Shown here: in pieces, positions 13,305 to 25,110 of the stretch
Layout of the letters: each line of letters opens with the position of its first letter
Position numbering within the stretch: the first letter of the stretch is position 1
Source of the DNA: Octopus vulgaris
Lineage: Eukaryota
Assembly (NCBI GenBank): GCA_951406725.2
Contig: OX597820.1
Span: 37,386,001 to 37,450,000 of the forward strand
Length of the DNA: 64,000 nucleotides
Reading direction: 5' to 3'
Program-made: the position numbers and the translations under genes
Notes under the pieces: model-generated
What the model was told of the DNA's origin: nothing
Seen by the model: the letters and a program-made list of their open reading frames with translations, nothing else
Databases searched by the model: none

Positions 13305-13841
13305 CGAGCAAAACGCCCCCCGTCCAATGGACGGTGCTGAATCATATCTGATGAATAAAAACCAATCAGTGTTTTCTTTTCATTAAAAAATAATTAAGCA
13401 TGCTTTTATTTCAGTAAAATTTTTGGTTTTGTTAAACGAAGTTAAGGCAAAAAAAAAAAAAAAAAAAACTTCTTCCTTCATGCCAAGTTTGAAGAAAATA
13501 TCTCTTTTGCATCTTACTTTTTTGGTCTCTTAAATATACTGCATTTTGTGGCATTATTTCAAGCCAGCCGGCTTTTTTTGCGCAAAATGCATGTGCATTT
13601 TTCTCACATACGCGTAGTATCGATTGCAACAGCTGATGTACTTTCATGTACAAATGCACGTTCCCACAGCTTTATCGATCGCATTCTCACCTGGAATCGG
13701 TTTTTGTAATTTTTTCAAGACTTATACATGCCCTGATACCGTCGGTATCTACATATCAGATTTGAGCGCAATCACATGTAGGATGCCCGAGATCCTAGAA
13801 GACACACACACAGACAGACAGAACGGATTTTATATAATAGA
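13305..13841 (-). mobile_element. Non-autonomous Helitron, 537 bp
   Basis: Minus-strand 5' end A|TCTATTATATAAAATCCG, subterminal hairpin CCGTCC-AAT-GGACGG (13320-13334), 3' end ...GCTCG|T. Inserted between A and T without a TSD; CpG-rich. Confidence 0.8.
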
Positions 13842-13879
13842 TATGCATGTATGTTTATAAATATATATAGATATATATT

Positions 13880-14280
13880 CTCTTTTACTTGTTTCAGTCA
13901 TTTGACTGTGACCATGCTGCAGCACTACCTTGAAGTGTTCTTAGTTGAACAAATTGACCTCAGGACTTTTTTTGTAAGCCTAGTACTTACTCTATCAGTC
14001 TCTTTTGCCAACTGCTAAGTTACGAGGACATAAACACACTAACACCAGTTATCAAGTGGTGATGGGGGGACAAACACAGATATAAAGACACACATAGATA
14101 TATACATACATATATGATGGTCTTCTTTCAGTTTTCATTTACCAAATCCACTCACAAGGCTTTGGTTGATCTGAGGCTAGAGTAGAAAACACTTGCCCAA
14201 GGTGCCACACAGTAGGACTTAACCCGTAACCATGTAGTTGGGAAGCAAGCTTCTTACCACACAGCCATGCTTGTGCCTAT
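13880..14280 (-). mobile_element. SINE family B (about 400 bp, tRNA-like head GGCTGTGTGGTAAG...GGTTCAGTCCC)
   Basis: Reverse complement of the copy at 20365-20762. Confidence 0.8.
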
Positions 14281-14387
14281 ATATATAAATGGATGAATGA
14301 ATTATCTTTTGTTTACAGTTAACATGGAAAATTCAATAAACAGTTACCAGGGTAGCAAAATTCACGCAAGTAACAAGGATGTAGTGA

Positions 14388-14389
<2 letters not shown>

Positions 14390-14433
<44 letters not shown>

Positions 14434-14500
14434 TATATATATACACACACACACATATATATATACACACACACATATATATATACACACACAAACATAC

Positions 14501-14552
<52 letters not shown>

Positions 14553-14750
14553 ATATTTATTTATATACATATATATATATTTATTTATATACATATATAT
14601 ATATATTTATTTATATACATATATATATATATTTATTTATATACATATATATATATTTATTTATATACATATATATATTTTATTTATATACATATATATA
14701 TATTTATTTATATATGTATATATATATATTTATTTATATACATATATATA
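14390..14750. repeat. (TA)n/(CA)n compound microsatellite with a higher-order TTTATTTATATACATATATA unit
   Basis: Directly visible. Confidence 0.97.
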
Positions 14751-17158
14751 AGTATGATAAAATCCAGCAGCAAGTTGTAAAATTTTTTGGTATTATTTAT
14801 TGAATAAATAATACCATAAAATTTTCCAATTTCCTGTTTTGTTACATATATATAAAACATATTTAATGTATGTGTGTCATTATACTTTAGAGCTACATGA
14901 AACAAAATCGTCTCAGAAAGTATCAGCAAGAGCAACTCACAATATCCTACTTAATAGTAATGATATAACTATACAACCACTTTATTGTATAGTAATGATA
15001 TAACTATACAACCACTTTATACAAACACTGAACAAAATATTATCGACAGGGAACCCATAGCTGTCAGCTGAAATACATTATTAATTAATACAATTACTAA
15101 TACACAATACATTACATTAGCATCAATTGTCCTCTTAACACACCATACAAACAATAGACTGTATAAATTTCTCCTCCTACTTGGCAGTTACTGTTGTTGT
15201 ACTGCTGCTATTGTTTTGTAATCGGTTAGGTCAGCCACAATTGAGCAGACTTGATTTAGTAACCAGATGAATGACCTGAAGCAACTCATCATGCCATATA
15301 CAGGATATTGTCATTCAGTTGAAAACTATACTGTTCTGTTCTGATATATGCAATAAAATATGTGGTGCAGTGTTTGTTACATTCTGGGTATGTTGGGCTC
15401 TCTCTGCTATTCAGCCCGTTTCCATGTGAGTATGTATGTTTGTTGGTGTTCTTTAGCTCAAAGAAAACTATGGTTGAGTAGACCTATGCTCATTGGCATT
15501 CCAGCAATGACCACTGTTACCTGTTTTAGCCCTTTAGCTTCTAAATCAGCCATGTCCATCCCAAATATTCTATCTGTTTTATGTTCAAACTGGACGGATC
15601 TTGTCTCTCTTACCTACCCTACAATGTCATTCTAAAAATAAACAGCCAAAACATTGAAATCTCAAATCTATGATATAAGCATTATATTTGACAGAATGCT
15701 ATAGGGTTACTGCTCCTTTTTGACCCTTGGAGTCAACATGTGGATCAGGTCTAGTCTAGTATGACTTCCTTCTACCAGTCTTTGAGGCCCTGAAAAATGT
15801 CAAAGGCATTGCCCTTTCACCTCTAAGTTATGAAGAGAAATTTTCAAAAAGCCTCACATTATCTAATGTCTCCTCTTATTTAATTCAGTAGGGTGTGGTT
15901 GAGGGATGTTTGGTTGCTATTTCTAGCAGGTTGAACGACCTCATAATAGCACCCTTGTTATTTCATATGGCTGCCTCACCAGACACCAGTGTGGTTCATC
16001 AAGCACCTAACACTGTTGTGTATGAAAGATGCATTGTACATCTTAGGTGCACACAGTTACACTAAATAATAAGGAAGAATTGTTGACATGTCACATTGAC
16101 ATTCTAAGTTCAAATCTTGCTGTAGTCAACTTTGCCTTTTGTCTTTTTTGTGGTAGATAAAATAAAGAACTAGTTAAGCACTGGTATGTTGGGCTCTCTC
16201 TGCTATTCAGCCTGTTTCCATGTGTGTATGTATGTTGTTCTTTAGCTTGAAAACAACTATGGCTGAGTAGACCTCTGCTCATAGGCATTCCAGCAATGAC
16301 CGCTGTTAGCTGTTTTAGCCCTTTAGTATTTAAATCAGCCATGTCCATCCCAAATATTCTATTCCACTTTCTCCCTCCAATCAAAATTGCTGGCTTTGTG
16401 CCTAAACTTGAAAACTATAACCTTTCAATTTTGTTTTAGTCATTGGACTGCAGTCATGCTGGGGCACCACTTTGAAGCGTGGTGCCAAACAAATTGGCTG
16501 CAGTACTTATTTTTCAGTCTGGTACTTATTCTATCACTCTTTTACTAACCACTAAGTCATAGGGACATAAACAAATGCAGACACAAAGATATCCCCCACA
16601 CACATATACACATATTTACAGTGGGCTTTCACACAGTCTCCGCCTACCAAATTCACCCACAAGATATTGGTTGGCCAGGTATCATAATAGAATACATTTG
16701 CCCAAGGTGCCATGCTGTGGAAATGAACCCATGTGGTTGCAGAGTGAGCTTCTTAACCACACAGCCATGCATGCACTTTCGAAAATCATTGAAGTAAATA
16801 ACACTAGAATCTTTGTCTTTGACATCCTCTTCCATTTCCTTAATGACTAGCCTATGATGTATGTGATGTTGTGCACTCATGATTGGCTAATCCATTTTTC
16901 CCCACTGGATCAAAATTGGTGAGATCAGCAGCTTTGCTAAATCCAAGTTTAAATCTGGGTTGGTCCTCATCAACATTGGAAATGTGTCTTTTACCAAAGC
17001 CCCTCCAACATATCAGGTTCTGTTGCTCTATATTTGTGAATCAATAGAACTTTACACTGAACATAAGACATAAAGGAGAGGTACAACAGCTTGGTTACAA
17101 GTGGAAAAGCAAAACTGTAAGACATATGTATGTATGTGTATGTATCTATGTGTATGTA

Positions 17159-17200
<42 letters not shown>

Positions 17201-17204
17201 CACG

Positions 17205-17236
<32 letters not shown>

Positions 17237-18566
17237 CTAGCAGAGGCATCCAGTATTTCCCAGGAATGAAATTGTTCCTTATATATTGGAAGAAAAAAGC
17301 AAAATATGTTGAATATGTTCAATTTATTCTTCAGTTGGGAAATCAATTCTGAATTCATAATACAAAAAAATAACGATAATAAAAAAGGAAAATACAAAAT
17401 TTACCACTTTTATGAAGGAAATTACCTGGTTTTTTTTTTTCATACCAAAGTGATATCTATCTGTCTTAGGTCAAATACACAGATTAATGGATACTGGAGT
17501 GCATCATATGATTGGTGAATCTTATTTTCTCTTCCTTGAATAATAATATCTCTCTTCCCATACTCGTTGCCTGTAATAACTGCTGCTACTTCATTTGCAG
17601 CAGGGGCATTGTAGTAGCCTCTGTGCTCAGCAATAGGCTTTTTGTCTGTATCAATATCTATCTTGTATTCAATGGGTGGTGCAGATTCCAGTGCATGCTT
17701 GAAGCTTCTGATGTAGCTATTATTTGCATGCAACATATCTTGCAGTTCAAAGATTAACTCTTCTTTCAAATTTGGAAGGTTAAATGACTATTGCAAAGCC
17801 TGCTCCTTGTAATTTGCCACAAAATATAGCTGTAAAAGCTGAGGATTTTTGCTTTCAGTTGGCAACAAAAATCCAATACTTGACCTTAAACTTTAAAAGT
17901 TGGCTTCATGTTCCCTTCTCTTATAATATTGCTACCAAAGGGGGTCATTTGAAAAGCAGAATTATAATTCCTAATGTTTTTCAAGAATTTCATGCTCCTT
18001 GGTTCTTTTCTCAAAAGCAATGCCTTCAAAGTATCTGGGGGTTGGTGTACCAAACGTCCGTAAAGCAACCGTTCCTCCACCACAACACATAGTAGAGGTT
18101 TCTCTTTCCCATTTCTTTCCTTTACAAAAACTGCACTCTTTTGACATTGTTCCAATATCAATAAATTTCTCTGTTGAATAATCATGTTTTGGATCATAGA
18201 TGAAAGCTGATCTTTTCCAAGTCCCTTTAAAAGGTGCAACTCTTTTGTCAAATGTATTCCTCCTATCTTGATGAAGATGGTTATGTCTTTCCTCTGTGGA
18301 TTGGAGAAGTCTTGCAGCAACTGTTTGTTCCAGGTTTTTTTCCTTGTCTCATCTCTCGCTGACCTACTGTCTCATTGGCAACTTTGACAGCTTGTCTTTG
18401 TCTTGCATCCTTTAAACCCTTTTCTCTTTTCTTTTTTTTGACTCTTGACTCCTGCAGATTGAATTTGTTGATGTAATTTGTTGCCTCTTGTGACTCATTA
18501 TCCCTACATGCAGCAGCTCTCAAACATAAGGGCACACACACACACATTCTCTTTTATATATATAGA
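17237..18566 (-). mobile_element. Internally deleted Helitron carrying RepHel N-terminal remnants
   Basis: Minus-strand peptides FLKNIRNYNSAFQMT, LQDMLHANNSYIRSFK, YNAPAANEVAAVI and IHQSYDALQYPL are Helitron RepHel hallmarks. 5' end A|TCTATATATATAAAA at 18566; 3' end CTAG|T at 17237, with a decayed hairpin at about 17250-17265. Confidence 0.92.
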
Positions 18567-18669
18567 TACACACACACACATGTAAAAATCATTGTTCACC
18601 GATAAATTTGACAAGACTGTTTTGCTGATGAGTTCCAATAAAGCTGAAACATGTCTGTAGTTGTCATCT

Positions 18670-18766
18670 TGCCTGGCACCTTGGGCAAGTGTCTTCTGCT
18701 ATAGCCTCAGGCCAACCAAAGCCTTGTGAGCGGATTTGGTAGACGGAAACTTAAAGAAGCCCGTCA

Positions 18767-18814
<48 letters not shown>

Positions 18815-19072
18815 TATATATATGTGTGTGTGTGTGTATGTGTGTGTGTGTGTGTATATGTTTGTGTGTCTGTGTTTGTCCACCCAACATTGCTTGACAA
18901 CCGACGCTGGTGTGTTTATGTCCCTGTAACTTAGCGGTTCAGCAAAAGAGACCGATAGAATAAGTACTAGGCTTACAAAGAATAAGTCCTGTGGTTGATT
19001 TGCTCGGCTAAAGGCGGTACTCCAGCATGGCCACAGTCACATGACTAAAACAAGTAAAAGAGAGTAAAGAGA
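18670..19072 (+). mobile_element. SINE family B, 5'-truncated
   Basis: Matches 20365-20762 from GGCACCTTGGGCAAGTGTC to GAAACAAGTAAAAGAG. Confidence 0.82.
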
Positions 19073-19594
19073 TGTATTTATGTATATTTAAATATATATG
19101 TGTGTGTATGTGTGTGTGTAGTTAAATAAGATTTAGGTAAAAACCTTGTAGAATTCTATGCAAAGCTTGTCCACAGTTATCGGTTACTTGATATCATACA
19201 GTAGAAATGTTCCTGGATATAAAAGGTCAATCTTCATCACTATATCACTTTATTATCTCTAAATGCTAAATTTTATCATTTTATTCTGCATTCTGTTTTG
19301 CACTTTTCTTCCTTATAATATGACCATGAAAATTGTATTTTGTCTGTCACTATATCTCTGGGTTTAGATTTTCTGTAAACTGCTGAAAATGGCACCTCAC
19401 TTTGAGTATGCATTCTCACACTGAGTAAAATGATGGTAGGGTCTAACAAATGGCATATTTAGACAGTCACCCAAGGTGGTGCATTTTACAAGTTGGACAT
19501 ATGATAATGATTACACTATATGTCACCAATGTACTATGAGTAAAAAAGTGTGGAAACAATCATAGTGATTTCGAATAATGCCTTCCATTTTTAT

Positions 19595-20762
19595 AGACTG
19601 ACCATGCTGGGGCACTGCCTTGAGTAATTTTAGTAGAACTAATCAACTCCAGTACTTATTCGATTGGTCTCTTTTGCTGAACTGCTAAATTACAGTGATG
19701 TAAACACACCGACACTGGTTGCCAAGCAGTGGTAGCAAACAAACACACATACATAAATATACCATGAGCTTGTTTCAGTTTCCATCTACTAAATTCACTC
19801 ACAAAGCTTTGGTTGGCCTAAGGCTATATTAGAAGAGACTTGGCCAAGGTGCCAAGCAGTGGGATTGAGTGAACCTGGAACCATGTGGCTGGGCTGCAAA
19901 TTTCTTACCACACAGCCAAGTCTGTGTCTATTTTATATATATATATATATATAAGCATGTCTATGTGGTAAGAAATCTGCTTCCCAACCACATGGTTCCG
20001 GATTCAGTCCCACTGCATGGAACCTTGGACAAGAGTTTTCTACTATAGCCTCAAGCTGACCAAAGGCTTGTGAGTTGATTTGGTAGGCAGAAACCGAAAG
20101 AAGCCTCTGTGTGTGTGTGTGCATGTGTATATATATCTGTATGCCTATATTTGTCCCTCACCACCACTTGACAACTGCTGTTGGTATGTTTACATCTCTG
20201 TAACTTAGTGTTTGGCAAAAGAGACTGATATAATAAGTACTAGGCTTTAAAAAATAAGTCCAGGGGTTGATTTGTTTGACTAAAAATCCTTCAGGCAATG
20301 CCCCAGTATGGCCACAGTTAAATGACTGAAACAAGTAAAAGGTAAAAGATACATATACACACATAGGCACAGGAGTGGCTGTGTGGTAAGTAGCTTGCTT
20401 ACCAACCACATGGTTCCGGGTTCAGTCCCACTGCGTGGCATCTTGGGCAAGTGTCTCCTGCAATACCCTCGGACCGACCAAAGACTTGTGAGTGGATTTG
20501 GTAGACGGAAACTGAAAGAATCCTGTTGTATATGTGTGTGTGTGTGTATATATATATGTTTGTGTGTCTGTGTTTGACCCCCTAACATCACTTGACAACC
20601 GATGCTGGTGTGTTTATGCCCCCGTAACTTAGCAGTTCGGCAAAAGAGACTGATAAAATAAGTACTAGGCTTATAAAGAATAAGTCCTGGGGTCGATTTG
20701 CTCGACTAAAGGCGGTGCTCCAGCATGGCCACAGTCAAATGACTGAAACAAGTAAAAAGAGT
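19595..20762. mobile_element. Three adjacent family-B SINEs (19595-19930 minus; 19953-20345 plus; 20365-20762 plus)
   Basis: Shared head, core and tail motifs; the first two are head-to-head. Confidence 0.85.
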
Positions 20763-21370
20763 ACATGCACACACCATCATCATCATCATCATCATCATTT
20801 AACATCTATTTTCCATACTGGTTTGGGTTGCATGGAACAACAGGAACTATCAAGGTCAAGGCTGCACCAGTTTCCATAATTGGTTTTGGCTAGATTTCTA
20901 CAGCTGGATACCCTTCCTAACCATCACCAGTGCCTTTTAAGTGGCACTAGTACCAGTGTATTTCATGTGTCACAAGCGCTCACACCAATGCCGCATGTGA
21001 CACTTTGGTTTTAGGATCTCAATTCTGTTGTGGTAGGTGGACCTTTCATCATCACCATCATTTAACATCTGCTGTCTCTCCCACAGCCTCCTTTATTCTT
21101 ACTATTCATTTTTTTCTCACTACACTACTTCCACTGCAAGTAAACATATGAGTCCTTTCTGATGAATGTCTCCACCTGAAACTTTAGACTTAACTTTCTT
21201 CCTTATGGTAGAATTATTCATTTCTTTTTTTGAAATTCTTGTATTTATTATTTGCCGATATGGACTGTCTCTGGTTTCCTTGGATTCTTTTGTTTAGCTT
21301 TAAAGTATTGCAGACATTGATTTCTACAATGGCAGCAACAGACTTATTCATAATGCCTGGTTTTATTGAA

Positions 21371-21525
<155 letters not shown>

Positions 21526-22049
21526 ATTGTAGTGTGATAAAAGCTTATGTCAAGCATTTCATTGTAAAAATGCATTGTGTTTCTCTGTAATTATGTGAAA
21601 CCACACAGTTATTCAGTTATTCAGACTGAGTTATAAAATAATGTCACTCAAATAAAGGATGAGAGAGGGATAATAAATAATAGAATATGAAGTGCATCAC
21701 AATTGTAATATGTATGATAAGTGTAGGTGTGGCTGTGTGATAAGAAGTTTCCTTCCTAACCACTTGGTTCCGGGTTCAATCTCACTGCATGGCATTTCTG
21801 AAAGCATCTTATACCATAGTCCTAGGCCAACCAAAGCCTTGCAAGTAGATTTGGTTGGCTGAAACTGAAAGAAGCTGGTCGTTTCCATTTCCACCTCAAG
21901 GCCACTCTCTTCTGCTGCTCTAGTGACCCAAATATCTGGCAGACAATCACCAAAGGCCACCTAGAGTGGCAGCATCTCATTGTGAAGGGAATGGACCAGA
22001 TGGAAAATAACAGACTTCAAGAGGCAGAGATCAGATGTCAAAGACACAA

Positions 22050-22304
22050 AATACATACATACATACATGCATACAAACAAACAAACAAACATACAAACAA
22101 ACATACATACATACATACATACATACATACATACATACATACATACATACATACATACATACATACATACATACATACAAACAAACAAACAAACAAACAA
22201 ACATACATACACACAAACAAACAAACATACATACATACATACACACAAACAAACAAACAAACAAACATACATACATACATACATACATACATACATACAT
22301 ACAT

Positions 22305-22341
<37 letters not shown>

Positions 22342-22445
22342 AACAAACATACATACATACATACATACATACATACATACATACATACAAACAAACAAAC
22401 AAACAAACAAACAAACAAACAAACATACATACATACATACAAACA

Positions 22446-22497
<52 letters not shown>

Positions 22498-22500
22498 GTC
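22050..22500. repeat. Compound (ACAT)n/(AAAC)n/(ATCA)n microsatellite
   Basis: Directly visible; source of six spurious ORFs. Confidence 0.99.
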
Positions 22501-22759
22501 TATCTACCTTAAATTAACAGCCACAAATCTTGCAAATAGCTACCTAGGGTTTTCTGGTTGAAATTATAATTTATTCTACCATTTATCAAACTGAAAGCAA
22601 GACCGTTTGTCAGTTGATCATTTGAGTAGATAATATTTAAACAAGAGAAATTAAAGAAAAAAAAAAAAACAAAAACACAAGAGAGATAACCCACATTACA
22701 AAAATTTGATGTCAAGCAGATATAAACCAGATGTTAATGGTTTACTCAGTATCCAGTGT

Positions 22760-23188
22760 ACTTTTAAATTCTGATAGGATATATTTTTTGAAATGTGGTC
22801 ATAAAGAATAAAATGACATTCCTCGAATTTCTGTATTTGTTGAAGGCTCTCAAGTGTTTTGACAAATACAGTTTTTCAGCATTTTAACAGATACGTTTTT
22901 TTTTTTTTTTTTTTTATATTTTCTAGACCTGCTAATACAGGGTCTGAATTTAGCAAGGATTCTCCATTTGATATGAAATTGGTCCTTTTAAGTTTCCAGA
23001 CTAAAGCTGAAAGGGTTGAATACCTCTTATCGTGGTACTTAAAGTTCAAAAGATGGTTGTTATATCTAGATTTAAATTTTTCTTCTGATGCTCCGAGAGT
23101 TTGCTGAAACCTGTACTTCATAAACAATGTGGAAAATATATCGCACTCCTGTCCTAGAGGACATTTAGATTTGTTTCTGAAAGTGCAT

Positions 23189-23190
<2 letters not shown>
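22760..23190 (-). mobile_element. Penelope-like element fragment (GIY-YIG endonuclease region)
   Basis: Minus-strand peptides CTFRNKSKCPLGQEC and GASEEKFKSRYNNHLLNFK...STLSALVWKLK resemble the C..CPL.G.C...FK.RY.NH...W.LK pattern of Penelope endonucleases. Frameshifted. Confidence 0.72.
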
Positions 23191-23234
<44 letters not shown>

Positions 23235-23373
23235 TGGCTGTATGAATAATAAGTTTGCTTCACAATCACATGGTTTCAAGTTCAGTCCCATTGTGCAGCA
23301 TCTTGGGTAAGATCAGCCAGTGCCTTGTGAATGAATCTGAGAGATAGGAACAGTAGGAAGCCTGCTGTATAAT

Positions 23374-23408
<35 letters not shown>

Positions 23409-24374
23409 TGTATCTGTGCATGTGTTTGTATGAACATGTTTGAATGTTGACAACCTTTAGCTCTGGTTGCTGGAAGCGGTAAATTATATTTGCATTCCTT
23501 GTGTGACAGTATGACTGGTCATGCTGTGCATTAAAAGATTTGTAAAATAATAAATCTCTCACTTGAAGACAGAGGTAAGGGTTGGTGGTAGGAACAGCAT
23601 AAATCTGTAGAGTCAAATACATCTGTGTGTAATTCATGCTAACATGGACATGGTGTTAAATGAATAATTGAATACATACACACTTGATCTTGCATGTGTG
23701 TGTGTATAAGCGGATGTTAAACACTGATGATGATGATGATGATATATCATCATCATCATCATCGTTTAACGTCCACTTTCCATGCTGGCATGGGTTGGAC
23801 GATTTGACTGAGGTCTGGCAAACCAGATGGCTGTGCTAGGCTCCAATCATAATCTGGCAGAGTTTCTACAGCTGGATGCCCTTCCTAATGCCAACCACTC
23901 TGAGAGTGTAGTGGGTGCTTTTACGTGCCACCGGCACAAGGGCCAGTCAGGTGGTACTGGCAACGGCCACGCTCAAATGGTGCTTCGTATGTGCTACCTG
24001 CACAGGAGCCAGTCCAGCAGCACTGGCAACAACCTTGCTTGAATTTTTTTTCATGTGCCACCAGCACAAGTGCCAGTAAGGCGACAGAGTAAACGATCAT
24101 GCTTGAATATATATATATATGGTGATAGGAGGGGCATCTCTCTGTAGAAAATCTGCCTCAACAAATTCTGTCTGATCCATGAAAGCATGGAGAAGTGGAT
24201 AGTAAAAAGGATAATAACACACACACATACACACACGCTAATTTTGTGTTAGAGATTCAAGATGAAATTGGTTTCCTTGTCTGATTGTTGAATCAAATAG
24301 TTGACTTTATGGTGTATTTGATTATTAAAAATATATAACTTTATTTATTCATTTTTCTTTTGTAGAAACTCATT

Positions 24375-25110
24375 ATGGCAAGTGGAGAATCTAGCCAGTC
24401 TTCCCGAGTACCCCCACCAAGACCTACCCCGCCAGCTAAACTACTATATAAGAGGTTTCAGAAGCTCTTTAAAACATCACTGCAACTTGCCAATGAAGGA
24501 ATTGTATTTGATGAGATTGGAAAAGCTAATGATGCTATTAATATGTACACAATGTGCCTTGAGCACATCAAGTTCAGTCTCGACGTTGAACTTGACGATC
24601 AATACCTATCAACGGATGAACAAACATCTTACCGAGACATGCTTCACAAATTGACCAAGACAAAGATGCAAGTTGAATCACGCCTTGATATGCTGAACGT
24701 TGTGAATAATACTACAACCGACAGTAATTCAAATGTAATGAGTCCACCTTCCTATGAAGAGGTCATGTCCGGATCTTTTGTTGGTGCTCAAGATGGAGCA
24801 ACTGCTTCTAGAAACACTCACTGTGCCAACCGCCGTGTCTCACAGAATGCCACGCGGATATTTTTCATAGCAGAAGGAGTACAGCTGCTCTATATAACTC
24901 CGGAAGGTTATGTCACAGCTCCTTCCTATCCTACTGCCCTCAACATATTTCGCATGGATGAAGAAGACACCAGTGAAACTGCCAATACCACACCACCCGC
25001 TTTCTTACAGGTCGGAGAATGGCTCTACCCACTCTTACCTGGAATTTCCCCGGTCTTACATGCTTCATATGGAGCGTATATATTCCCAGACATGCTTGCA
25101 CCAAGAGATG
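24375..25110 (+). CDS. SPART: Spartin coding exon 1 (MIT domain, PPxY motif, start of central domain)
   Basis: Pyrimidine tract + AG at 24364-24365, ATG at 24375, donor GTGAGT at 25111 (phase 1). Encodes MIT-like helices (ANEGIVFDEIG...MY), PPSY, and GVQLLYITPEGYVTAPSYP...PPAFLQVGEWLYPL...GAYIFPD, matching recalled spartin sequence. Confidence 0.96.

Noticed and set aside
14297-14803. 168-aa YI/HT-rich ORF, and similar ORFs at 21.2-22.6, 45.3-45.7, 53-54.4 and 56 kb
   Set aside because: Translations of microsatellites.
21158-21190. CTGATGA...GAAAC hammerhead-like boxes (also CTGATGAG near 44893)
   Set aside because: No pairing stems or cleavage triplet in the right place.
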